Source: Candidatus Dadabacteria bacterium (GTDB lineage Bacteria > Desulfobacterota_D > UBA1144 > Nemesobacterales > Mycalebacteriaceae). From it: a DNA stretch of 64,000 nt. The first letter of the stretch is position 1, and every line of letters begins with the position of its first letter. The translations under genes were made by a program, and so were the position numbers. Under the pieces are notes generated by a model. That model was not told the DNA's origin, ran no database searches, and saw only the letters and a program-made list of their open reading frames with translations. The stretch spans positions 49,131-113,130 of the forward strand of contig JAPOUR010000002.1 in the NCBI GenBank assembly GCA_026708565.1. Direction: 5' to 3'. Shown piece after piece: positions 8,188 through 17,119 of this stretch.

Positions 8188-8757
8188 ATGAGGAACACGA
8201 AAAGCCATACGCATGAAGTCTGGGCAAGTCTAATTCTTTGCGATAGAGACCAGAAAAGGATTAAAAAATTCCTTGTAAGTGATTTTGGACTCAAAGAGAA
8301 AAGCGTAGTTAAGGAAATGCACCTAACCGTATACCATTCCCGTAGACTCTTTCGAGGTGTTTACCCACTTTCAGAGTCGGCTTCTGTTGAGTTAGATGTA
8401 GGGGATACCCGCTTCATGGTAATGATTTCAGGTGGAGAAAATCCTCGTGTTGGCGTTAAACCGGGAGACAAACGCATTGGTATCAGAGTGCAAAAAAGAA
8501 GCAAGACAAGAAACATAGTTGACCAATACCGTTCTTGCTTGACAGCACTGGAGTCTCAAGACATTCTCGGTAAGCGAAAACGTAGCACCAGAAGCCATAA
8601 TGCTTTTGGTGCAAAATCTTTTCAACCCCACATGACATTACTGCTTCCCGGTAGCGGTATAGGGCAAGACCTGAGAGAGATAGGCATTGCTTTTCGTAAA
8701 ACCCTAGGACTTTTAGTATTTGATAGATTCTCAGTTGAAGTCTCGAAGATTCGCTGA
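8188..8757 (+). CDS. 2H phosphoesterase superfamily protein (LigT/ThpR-like), divergent
   Basis: 189 aa with two H-x-T motifs at the expected spacing (MHLTVY and PHMTLL) and an N-terminal beta-strand, WASLILCD. About 40% GC on a counted sample line, well below the flanks. Confidence 0.55.
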   Translation: MRNTKSHTHEVWASLILCDRDQKRIKKFLVSDFGLKEKSVVKEMHLTVYHSRRLFRGVYPLSESASVELDVGDTRFMVMISGGENPRVGVKPGDKRIGIRVQKRSKTRNIVDQYRSCLTALESQDILGKRKRSTRSHNAFGAKSFQPHMTLLLPGSGIGQDLREIGIAFRKTLGLLVFDRFSVEVSKIR

Positions 8758-8861
8758 CCAATCCTATAGAAATGAAGTACGCAGACAAAATCAACATTGA
8801 GCAACTGATGCCTGAATTAGGGTTTTTTGCCATTGGGCTGTAATAACTTACACTTCCACCC

Positions 8862-10334
8862 GTGATAACTCCTTCCTTTACAGAGTTCAAAAAGAAACTG
8901 AAACACGGAAACCTGATTCCCGTATGGGACGAGATACCGCAAGTTGACGACACGCCCGTATCCGTGTTTGCCAAGATAGACAGGTCGGAGCATTCGTTTC
9001 TTTTTGAAAGCGCGGACGGCACGGACAAGTGGGCGCGCCACAGTTTTCTGGGGTCGGGCTCAAACTGCATTTTCCGCGCCAGAGGGCGGAGTGTTGAGAT
9101 CATTGAAAACGGCTCGGCGCGAACCGAAACGGGCGACCCGTTTGAACTTCTGCGGAAACTTCTGGGAAGATACAAGTTTGTGGCGGACCCCGGCGTTGCC
9201 CCCTTTTCCGGCGGCGCGGTGGGCCATATGAACTATGACGCCGTGCGGCTGATTGAAGACCTGCCCGCAAGCAAGCCCGACCTGCTTGGAGTCTGGGACT
9301 TGCACTTTGCCGTTACCTTTTCCGTCCTCATTTTTGACAACACAAACAGTAGCGTGAAAATCGTTGTCTGCGCCCACTGCCCCGATCCCGGGCGCGCAAA
9401 AGAGGTTTACGACTCCGCCACGAAGGAGATAGAGCGGCTGAAAAGCGCGGTTGCCGCCCCCCCGCCCCGGAGTTCCGCTCCCGCGCGGGACGGCGGCGCG
9501 GGAGCGCCGTCATCCAATTTTGAGAGGGCGGACTTTGAAAGCGCGGTCGCCGCAGTGAAGGAATACATACGCGCGGGCGACATAATACAGGCGGTAATAT
9601 CGCAGAGGTGGCATACCCCCCTTGATGTGAAGCCGCTCGCTCTTTACCGCGCGCTGAGGGAACTCAACCCGTCTCCCTACATGTTTCTGCTGAAAACCGG
9701 CGGACAGACGCTTGTCGGCGCGTCTCCCGAAGTGATGGTCAGAAAAACCGGCGCCGTTGTGGAGAGCCGCCCCATTGCCGGGACCCGCCCGAGGGGCGCG
9801 GACGCCGCCGCCGATGACGCGCTCGCCCGCCAGCTTCTTGCCGATGAAAAGGAGCGCGCGGAACACATAATGCTTGTGGACCTGGCGCGCAACGACCTTG
9901 GAAGGGTCGCAAAGCCCGGCACGGTCAAGGTGGATTCCTTTATGAAGGTTGAGAGGTATTCGCACGTGATGCACATGACATCCAATGTGAGGGGCGAGAT
10001 CGCCCCCGGGCGCGACATGATTGATTTGGTGAAGGCGGTGTTTCCGGCGGGCACGCTCAGCGGCGCGCCCAAGGTCCGGGCGATGGAGATAATAGACGAG
10101 ATAGAGCCGAGCACGAGGGGCCCCTACGGCGGCGCGGTGGGCTATATGAGTTTTTCGGGCGATATGGACACGTGCATCGCCATCAGGACTTTCCTGATTA
10201 AGGACGGCTCAATATACTTTCAGGCGGGCGCGGGAATTGTGGCGGATTCCGACCCCGCAAAGGAATACGAGGAGACGGTCAACAAAGCGAGGGCGCTGAT
10301 TAAGGCGCTTGAAAAGGCGCGGAGTGTAAAATAA
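8862..10334 (+). CDS. trpE: anthranilate synthase component I
   Basis: N-terminus ...KHGNLIPVWDEIPQVDDTPVSVFAKI, plus chorismate-binding motifs IAGTRPRG, LLADEKERAEHIMLVDLARND and GGAVGYMSFSGDMDTCIAIRT. GTG start at 8862. Confidence 0.95.
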   Translation: MITPSFTEFKKKLKHGNLIPVWDEIPQVDDTPVSVFAKIDRSEHSFLFESADGTDKWARHSFLGSGSNCIFRARGRSVEIIENGSARTETGDPFELLRKLLGRYKFVADPGVAPFSGGAVGHMNYDAVRLIEDLPASKPDLLGVWDLHFAVTFSVLIFDNTNSSVKIVVCAHCPDPGRAKEVYDSATKEIERLKSAVAAPPPRSSAPARDGGAGAPSSNFERADFESAVAAVKEYIRAGDIIQAVISQRWHTPLDVKPLALYRALRELNPSPYMFLLKTGGQTLVGASPEVMVRKTGAVVESRPIAGTRPRGADAAADDALARQLLADEKERAEHIMLVDLARNDLGRVAKPGTVKVDSFMKVERYSHVMHMTSNVRGEIAPGRDMIDLVKAVFPAGTLSGAPKVRAMEIIDEIEPSTRGPYGGAVGYMSFSGDMDTCIAIRTFLIKDGSIYFQAGAGIVADSDPAKEYEETVNKARALIKALEKARSVK

Positions 10335-10362
10335 GAAGGATAATGACCTTATTAAAAGGTCT

Positions 10363-10659
10363 TTACTTGCAATTTATAATTAACACCCCTTTGCTTGAGG
10401 AGAAAAAAGTATCGCCCTTAAAACTAATGCCTACGCTACTGCCACTCTCTTTCGCTCCCCCTTCGTGCATTAGTTCGTATTCCCCGCCTTCGCACATTTC
10501 AACGGCTTTTGCGTAGCATTCGTGAGTTGAATCGCACTCTATCACATATCCCTTTTTACCATGGGGACCAGTAATGGGCTTTGCGGTTGCACAACCCAGC
10601 AAACTAGCCGAGCACAAAAGGAGCACCAGAGCAGAAGAAAGGTTTACTTCCTTATTCAT
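10363..10659 (-). CDS. small Cys-containing lipoprotein, function unknown
   Basis: Signal peptide with lipobox LLGC (MNKEVNLSSALVLLLCSASLLGC). 98 aa. AT-richer than the flanks. Lies between trpE and trpG on the opposite strand. Confidence 0.6.
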   Translation of the reverse strand: MNKEVNLSSALVLLLCSASLLGCATAKPITGPHGKKGYVIECDSTHECYAKAVEMCEGGEYELMHEGGAKESGSSVGISFKGDTFFSSSKGVLIINCK

Positions 10660-10762
10660 TGTCTTTTCTTTGTAGCGAGTGCCCCCATACTATAATAGGA
10701 ACTGCGGAGCGTCAAAGGGGCTTTATCGTCTTGATTTATCATTCGTGTATAATTCTATCTCA

Positions 10763-11368
10763 ATGATTTTAATGATAGACAATTACGACTCTTTCACCTA
10801 CAACCTTGTTCACTATTTCTGCGAACTGGGCGCGGAGGTTTCCACCCGCCGCAATGACGCCATAACAACGGATGAGGTGGAAGAACTTGCCCCGGAGATG
10901 ATAGTCATATCGCCGGGCCCGTGCTCTCCCGACAAGGCGGGGATTTCGCTTGAACTGGTGAAAAGGTTTGCCGGGAAGACACCCATCCTCGGCGTCTGCC
11001 TCGGTCATCAGGCGGTTGCCCAGGCGTTCGGGGCGCGCATAGAGAGGGCAAAGCGGCTTCTTCACGGCAAGACCTCCGACATACTCCACGGCGGCGGCGG
11101 CGTGTTCAAAGGGCTTCCCAGCCCGTTTCGCGCCACAAGGTATCACTCGCTCATCGTTGACCCGCCTTCCCTTCCCGATTATTTTGAAGTAACGGCGTGG
11201 ACGGATGAGGACGAGATAATGGGCATAAGACACAAGGGCTTTTCCGGCGGGGGCAGGCTTGAAGGGGTTCAGTTTCATCCCGAATCCGTCCTGACAGAGC
11301 ACGGAATGGAACTGCTTAAAAACTTTATGGAGGGAGGCGGAAAATGCTCCGCCCTTCGGCCCGTCTGA
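10763..11368 (+). CDS. trpG: anthranilate synthase component II / glutamine amidotransferase
   Basis: [19 protein letters not shown]..., GVCLGHQ (catalytic Cys) and [11 protein letters not shown] 10679 trimmed to the ATG at 10763. TATAAT (10748-10753) lies 9 nt upstream and there is no SD. Confidence 0.9.
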   Translation: MILMIDNYDSFTYNLVHYFCELGAEVSTRRNDAITTDEVEELAPEMIVISPGPCSPDKAGISLELVKRFAGKTPILGVCLGHQAVAQAFGARIERAKRLLHGKTSDILHGGGGVFKGLPSPFRATRYHSLIVDPPSLPDYFEVTAWTDEDEIMGIRHKGFSGGGRLEGVQFHPESVLTEHGMELLKNFMEGGGKCSALRPV

Positions 11369-11399
11369 CGGCGCGCGCCTGAACACCTGACCTGAAACA

Positions 11400-13499
11400 A
11401 TGAAGGGACGTTCCCCCAAAATGGCAAAATCTAAAAGACGGCGAAACAGACCCGCGCCCCCTCCGCCCCCGCCTCCTCCGCCCGCTTCTGATGTCTCCGT
11501 TCTTCCCTCTTATCCCCGCTTGTCGCGGATAGTCCCGCCGGCGGCGCTGATACTGCTGGCGGCGGTCAGTTACTGGCCGGTTTATTTCGCCGGGTTTGTC
11601 TGGGATGATGCGGTGTTTACGGACTCTCAGGCGGTCGCCACATGGTCGGGGCTTTGGGATATATGGTTTACACGGGGCGGCGTGGAATACGAGGGGCATT
11701 ACTGGCCGGTGATATACACCTCCTTCTGGCTGGAGCATAAGTTGTGGGGTTACAGCCCGGCCGGATTTCACGCGGTCAACGTCCTGTTGCACGGGACTGT
11801 TTCCGTGTTGCTGTGGCGGTTGCTGGCGCGGCTTGCCGTGCCCGGCGCGTGGCTTGCCGCGGCGGTCTTCGCCGCGCACCCGATACACGTTGAGGCGGTG
11901 GCGTGGATCATCTCCCGCAAGAACCTTCTCGCCACTCTGTTCTACCTGCTTGCGGCGGGCTTCTGGTTGCGCCACTACGAACGTTCCCAAACCGGCGACT
12001 ACATAAAGATGCTTGCCCTGTTCACCGTCGGTATGTTCAGCAAGAGTTTCGTCATCACCCTGCCCGCCGCCATTCTGATATGGGAATGGTGGAAGCGCGG
12101 GAGTGTTACCGCCACGAGTTTTATGCGGGTCATTCCCATGTTGCTGATTGGCACGGTTATAACCCTCTACGACATAAGCCTCTTCACCGCCCGCGCCCAC
12201 ATAGAGTTTGAGTATTCCTTTGTTGAGCGCGTCATTGCCGCGGGCAAGGCGTTGTGGTTTTACCCCGCCAAAATGCTGTGGCCCGACCCGCTGCCGGTGG
12301 TTTACTCCAAGTGGGACGTCAGTCCGGGCGGTTTGCTGAACTGGCTGCCGCTGCTTGCCGTCTTTGCTCTTGTGTTTGCCTTGTGGCGGGCAAGACGCCG
12401 CATAGGGCGCGGCCCTCTGGCGGCGACTCTGTTCTTCGGAGCCACGATCTCGCCCATGCTCGGCCTCGCCGTTAATTCCTATATGCTGTTTGCCTTTGCC
12501 GCCGACCGTTATCTGTATCCCGCGTCCATCGGTTTCATAGCGCTCCTTGTCGCCGCCGCAGTGGTCGCCTGTCGGCGGCTGCCCGTCCCCGCCATGCGCG
12601 CGGCGCAGGCGGTTGCCGCCCTGCTGCTTGTCTGTTACGGCGCTCTGACATGGAATCATTCACGGATTTACCATGACGAGATAACCTTTTTCACCCATGT
12701 TTCCTCCCACAATCCGGACGCTCATCACGCCTATTACAACCTTGGCGTCGCCCTCCGGGACGAGGAGCGCACGGAGGAGGCGCTTGCCGCCTTCCGCAAT
12801 GCGGTTAAGCAAGACCCGAATTCCGCAAAAGTTCACCTTGACCTCGGAGTGGCATGGTTGAAAACCAAGGATTTCCGGGAGCCGGAGATGGAAGACTACC
12901 GCCGCGCGGAGCGGGCGTTCCGCGAAGCCATAAGGTTGAAGTCCAAAGACGCCAAGGCGTGGAAAAATCTGGCCGCCGCTCTGCGCCGGCAAAAACGTTT
13001 CAAGGAATCGCTTGAGACTATGGAGACCGCTGCCAAGATAGATAAGGATGTTCCGGCGTGGCACTATTTCTACATGGGGCGTGACGCCGAGGAGCTGAAG
13101 CAGACCGCAAAGGCGGAACGTTACTACCGCCGTGCGCTGGAAGCGGACCCGGAATTCAAATCGGCGCTCAGGGAACTTGTTTTTCTTTACATGAATGCGG
13201 GCCGCTACGGGGAGGCGCTGGAGGCTTATCCCGAACTCCCCAAGTTTATTGACCGCCTTGCCTACGAGCATTTCAACGCGGGCCGCTTTGAGAAAGCGCT
13301 GGAGATTTACCGGCACGGCATTGCCGTTTCCCCCGGCGATGCGGATGTCCGTGCCAACCTCGGCGCGGTGCTTGCGCAACTCGGGCGTTACCCTGAGGCG
13401 GTGGACGCTCTGGAGAAAGCGCTGGAGATCAACCCCCGGCAGGAAACGGCGCTCGCCAACATAAAACTGGTGCGCGAGAGGCTGAACCGGCCCGAGTGA
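11400..13499 (+). CDS. TMTC/PMT-like GT-C membrane protein with C-terminal TPR repeats
   Basis: Multi-TM N-terminal half with a first-loop FVWDDAVF (DD) motif, as in PMT_2/TMTC O-mannosyltransferases. The C-terminal ~250 aa are TPR units (AYYNLGVALRDEERTEEALAAFRNAVKQDP...). The N-terminal tail contains a Pro run (PAPPPPPPPPPAS). Confidence 0.6.
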   Translation: MKGRSPKMAKSKRRRNRPAPPPPPPPPPASDVSVLPSYPRLSRIVPPAALILLAAVSYWPVYFAGFVWDDAVFTDSQAVATWSGLWDIWFTRGGVEYEGHYWPVIYTSFWLEHKLWGYSPAGFHAVNVLLHGTVSVLLWRLLARLAVPGAWLAAAVFAAHPIHVEAVAWIISRKNLLATLFYLLAAGFWLRHYERSQTGDYIKMLALFTVGMFSKSFVITLPAAILIWEWWKRGSVTATSFMRVIPMLLIGTVITLYDISLFTARAHIEFEYSFVERVIAAGKALWFYPAKMLWPDPLPVVYSKWDVSPGGLLNWLPLLAVFALVFALWRARRRIGRGPLAATLFFGATISPMLGLAVNSYMLFAFAADRYLYPASIGFIALLVAAAVVACRRLPVPAMRAAQAVAALLLVCYGALTWNHSRIYHDEITFFTHVSSHNPDAHHAYYNLGVALRDEERTEEALAAFRNAVKQDPNSAKVHLDLGVAWLKTKDFREPEMEDYRRAERAFREAIRLKSKDAKAWKNLAAALRRQKRFKESLETMETAAKIDKDVPAWHYFYMGRDAEELKQTAKAERYYRRALEADPEFKSALRELVFLYMNAGRYGEALEAYPELPKFIDRLAYEHFNAGRFEKALEIYRHGIAVSPGDADVRANLGAVLAQLGRYPEAVDALEKALEINPRQETALANIKLVRERLNRPE

Positions 13500-13595
13500 T
13501 GTTCCGTCCTTGTGAGGTTGCGGAAAAACCGGTTAATCTGTCGTTGTAATCGGTATGGATTTTGTTCTGAACTCAACCGGGGAGAGGGGCGCAGT

Positions 13596-15326
13596 ATGAA
13601 ACTGCTTTTCCGTCCGCGCGACAAAAAATACATCGGCGGGGGCGACCTGCCTTTCGGCTCTTTTGACGATACGGGCGAGTGGCTTCCAATCACGAAATAT
13701 CTTGAGGCGGGGGCGGAACGATTCGGGGAAAAGACCCTCTTTGCGGTCGCTGGCGCTGACGGCGAAGAGACCGTGTCTCACACCTACAAAGAGGCGAACG
13801 GGCTCGCAAACCGCATAGCCGCCGGTCTCACGGGCGGGCTGGGGGTTGTCAAGGGGGAGACGGTCGGCATATACATGCTCAACCGCGCGGAGTTTGTGCT
13901 TTCAATTCTCGGCATACACAAGGCGGGGGCGGTTCAAGTTCCCGTCAACAAAGATGAGAAGGGTGAACGCCTCGCCTACATAGTCAACTATTCCGGGCAG
14001 AGGGTTCTTATGACCGATGAGGAGAGCGTGCCTCTGCTTGCGGACGTGGCGGGCGAGATTAAGGATCTGGAGTTTGTGCTTGTCGCGTCTTCGGGCGGGG
14101 GCGGAAAACTGCCGGAGAAAATAGGCCCCGCGAAGGTTCTTCCGTTCTCGTTTTTTGAAAAGTTTCCGGCTGAAAATCCGCCCGTGGAGGTGTTGGTTTC
14201 CGACACCGAAAGGTGCATGTTCACTTCGGGCACGACCGGAATGCCCAAGGGCGTTTCAAGAAATCACAGCGGGGTTATCCTGACCGTGCGCGCATACCTT
14301 GAGCATCAGGGGGTGCGCAGCGATGATGTGCTGATGACGGTGCTTTCCCTCGCCCACGCGAACGCGCAGGTGATGTGCCTGTTCGCCTCAATAGCGGCGG
14401 GGGCGAGTTGCCGGATATACCCGCGGTTTTCCGCGTCCAATTTCTGGAAGTGGGCGGCGCAGTGCGGGGCCACGGTTACCAACATGCTGGGCTCGGTTCC
14501 CGAATATCTGTGGGCGGCTGAGCCATCGGAATTTGACTCAAAGCACGCCGTCAGAACAGTGCTTGCGGGCCCCGCGCCCAAAAACCGGACGGAGTTTGAA
14601 GAGAGGTTCGGCGTGCGGGTGGTTGAGGGCTACGGCTCAACCGAGATGGGGATGGCGCTTTGGCAGTATGCGGAGGACTTCCGCCCCGGCTCGTCCGGCT
14701 TTGTTACGGCGGGCTACCATTTGGAGATAAGAGACCCTGAAGACACGGACAGGGTTGTTCGGGAGGAATGGGACACGGAGAGGCATGATTCCCCGCCGCC
14801 GGAGTGCGTGGGGCTGTTGTTTATCCGCCCCCTGATACCGGACACAACTCTCAATGAGTATTTCAAAGACCCCGAACGGACAAAGCAGGCGTTTGACAGT
14901 GAAGGTTTTTTCAACTCGGACGACCTTTTCGCCAGAGGCGTGGACGGCAGGTATTACTTTCAGGGCCGTTACAGCAGGATAAGGGTTTCGGGTGAAAATG
15001 TTGACCCGAACGCCGTTGCCAACACCGCGCTGCGGCATGAGGCGGTCGGGCAGGCGATTGCGCTTGGCGTGCGTCTGCCCGAAGTGTCGGACGATGAGGT
15101 CAAACTCAACATAGTTCTCAACCCCGGCGCACAGTTTGACCATAAGCAGTTCTGCCTGTGGATGGCGGAACAGGTTCCCGTTTACATGGTTCCCAGATTC
15201 ATCCAGATATACGAACAGTTTCCGCTTACCTCAACGCAGAAGATAAACCTCGGCGCGCTCAAGGCTGTCGGAGACGAAACATGGGACAGAAGCGGGTCGG
15301 GGATTTCGCTGAAAACCAGAAAGTAG
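13596..15326 (+). CDS. AMP-dependent synthetase/ligase (acyl-CoA synthetase family), paralog 1
   Basis: FTSGTTGMPKGV (AMP-binding P-loop), GYGSTEMG and a YFQGRYSRIRVSGENV hinge. ORF trimmed to the ATG at 13596 (MKLLFRPRDKKYIGGGDLPFG). GGGGAGAGGGG SD. Confidence 0.85.
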   Translation: MKLLFRPRDKKYIGGGDLPFGSFDDTGEWLPITKYLEAGAERFGEKTLFAVAGADGEETVSHTYKEANGLANRIAAGLTGGLGVVKGETVGIYMLNRAEFVLSILGIHKAGAVQVPVNKDEKGERLAYIVNYSGQRVLMTDEESVPLLADVAGEIKDLEFVLVASSGGGGKLPEKIGPAKVLPFSFFEKFPAENPPVEVLVSDTERCMFTSGTTGMPKGVSRNHSGVILTVRAYLEHQGVRSDDVLMTVLSLAHANAQVMCLFASIAAGASCRIYPRFSASNFWKWAAQCGATVTNMLGSVPEYLWAAEPSEFDSKHAVRTVLAGPAPKNRTEFEERFGVRVVEGYGSTEMGMALWQYAEDFRPGSSGFVTAGYHLEIRDPEDTDRVVREEWDTERHDSPPPECVGLLFIRPLIPDTTLNEYFKDPERTKQAFDSEGFFNSDDLFARGVDGRYYFQGRYSRIRVSGENVDPNAVANTALRHEAVGQAIALGVRLPEVSDDEVKLNIVLNPGAQFDHKQFCLWMAEQVPVYMVPRFIQIYEQFPLTSTQKINLGALKAVGDETWDRSGSGISLKTRK

Positions 15327-15392
15327 TTTCGCTTTCAGGGTCGGTTTTGTTATAATAGGGTGGCGATTACGCGCCACAGGGAGGTTTTTTTA

Positions 15393-15929
15393 ATGTTCAG
15401 AGTAATTTATTTTGCGGTGTTCGCATTACTTTTGGGAACTGCGGCGGACGCGCGCGCCACTACAAAGCCCTTGTCCAACGCTCAGGAGAGCGGAGTCAAA
15501 GTTTGCGCCCAGGCAATTCAGAGGGAATCCGAAATATTCCTCAAAGACAAGCCGCACGAAAGCCATGACTTTGTTTCCCCCGAGGAAAGGGAGATAGACA
15601 AACGACCGTTCTTTTCCATGTCTTTCAGCGGATATCCGGACGTGGGCATAAGCCACATAAACATAACGGCCACCCCCTCTCAGGTGGGAAGGAGAAAAAC
15701 CAAGTGCGATGTGCATGTGACCGAGACTTTTCTGTCGCCCACCACTTGTCAGGAGTGGTCAAGGAATCTTTCCGCCGCTCAGGGCTTTGAAGTGCTTCCC
15801 CTTGCAAGAGACATAGTGCTGCTCCAGAACCGGGGGGAGGCGAGTATTTTCACCCAGTATTATCTGACCGAAGCGGTGGACAACAGGGGTTGCCTTGTAA
15901 CCAGAAGAAGAACCGCCTACGAAAGATAG
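15393..15929 (+). CDS. hypothetical secreted protein
   Basis: ATG at 15393 preceded by AGGGAGG. Signal peptide MFRVIYFAVFALLLGTAADARA. No family recognised. Confidence 0.5.
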   Translation: MFRVIYFAVFALLLGTAADARATTKPLSNAQESGVKVCAQAIQRESEIFLKDKPHESHDFVSPEEREIDKRPFFSMSFSGYPDVGISHINITATPSQVGRRKTKCDVHVTETFLSPTTCQEWSRNLSAAQGFEVLPLARDIVLLQNRGEASIFTQYYLTEAVDNRGCLVTRRRTAYER

Positions 15930-15936
15930 GTTTCCG

Positions 15937-16884
15937 CTACCACTGGAAAACCCTGTAGAGAAACAGCCCGTATAGGATGAGCAGGGCGGCCCCCGCTCCC
16001 CTGCCTATGGTTGCGCCCTTTTTCATAAACGGCAGGGCGACCAGCGACATGGCGGCGGCAAACGGCATCTGAAATCCCGGCGCGTCCGCGTCCACCGAAA
16101 GCGGGGCGGCGGTTGCGGTAATCCCCAGAATCACTATGTTGAACAGGTTGCTTCCGGCGATGTTTCCGATTGCGATTGAGTTCTCCCTCTTTGCCACGGC
16201 GGCCATTGACGCCGCGAGTTCGGGAAGCGAAGTGCCAACGGCGACCGCGCTCGCCCCGATGACCAGTTCGGGGACGCCCGCGCCGCGCGCGATGCCGGTT
16301 GCCCCCTCAACAATCAGGTCGCTCCCCAGCGCGAGCGCGGCAAGCCCCGCAAGTGTGGAGACCAGCACGATGCCGATGCCGCCCGAAACGGCGGGGATGT
16401 CCGTGACGGTTCCATCAGTGATGGGTTCGTTTTTGTTTGCCTGCCTCAGGTAAAGAGCGATTATCAGGGGCAAAAGCAGAGCGGTTACCGCCGCCCCTTC
16501 CGGGCGGCTGAGGTTGCCGTCCGCGCAAAGCGGTATCAGGGCCGCCATAAACAGGGCCGCCGCCGCTCCTTCCGCCCTCAGCCCCTGAGGCGTCCGCAAC
16601 GGCAGGACGACCGCGCTCAAGCCTAATATCAGGCATACGTTTGCCACATTGCTGCCCGTTATGTTGCCCGCCGCGATGTCCGCCGAGCCTTTAAGCGCGG
16701 CTATGAGGCAGACGATGAGTTCGGGCAGAGATGTTCCGATTGCGATAACGGTAAGCCCCGCGACAACGGGATGAACGCCCACCCTTTTTGCCAGAGCGGA
16801 CGCGCCGCTGACGGCGGAGTCCGCGCCGACCCACAGGCCGGTAATGCCGATTGCGAGAATGGTGATTTCAAAAAGCGCGGGCAT
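15937..16884 (-). CDS. Ca2+/Na+ antiporter (CaCA / YrbG family)
   Basis: Two alpha-repeat motifs, GTSLPELIVCLIAALKG...GNITGSNVANVCLILG and GTSLPELAASMAAV...GNIAGSNLFNIV. ORF trimmed to the ATG at 16884 (MPALFEITIL). Confidence 0.9.
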   Translation of the reverse strand: MPALFEITILAIGITGLWVGADSAVSGASALAKRVGVHPVVAGLTVIAIGTSLPELIVCLIAALKGSADIAAGNITGSNVANVCLILGLSAVVLPLRTPQGLRAEGAAAALFMAALIPLCADGNLSRPEGAAVTALLLPLIIALYLRQANKNEPITDGTVTDIPAVSGGIGIVLVSTLAGLAALALGSDLIVEGATGIARGAGVPELVIGASAVAVGTSLPELAASMAAVAKRENSIAIGNIAGSNLFNIVILGITATAAPLSVDADAPGFQMPFAAAMSLVALPFMKKGATIGRGAGAALLILYGLFLYRVFQW

Positions 16885-17119
16885 AAGGAGGGGCTCGGAA
16901 ATTGGGCGGGTGTATCCTACCCCGTCATCGCTTCCGCGCAAGCGGGCTTCGGTATTGCCGGGCGACTCCGGTGTCCGTCCGTTTCAGTCCCCCGCCGCCC
17001 CCTACCGGTTGAAATCCCCCCGCGCTTTGTATAGCATTTCCGTCTGTGGCTTGTGGAGACGGTGAACCGTTTCCACCAAAACACCGGACAGCACGCGACC
17101 AACAGGAGGATTTACCGCA

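Noticed and set aside
11325-12659. 444-aa ORF on the minus strand opposite the TMTC-like gene. Similar long antisense ORFs occur at 12660-13379, 17129-18067, 24075-24983, 55183-55995, 58944-60137, 3709-4281 and 31574-32317.
   Set aside because: These products are Arg/Gly/Pro/Ala-rich and low in complexity, with no motifs. Each lies fully antisense to a gene with strong family signatures. Long stop-free antisense frames are expected in ~60% GC DNA.
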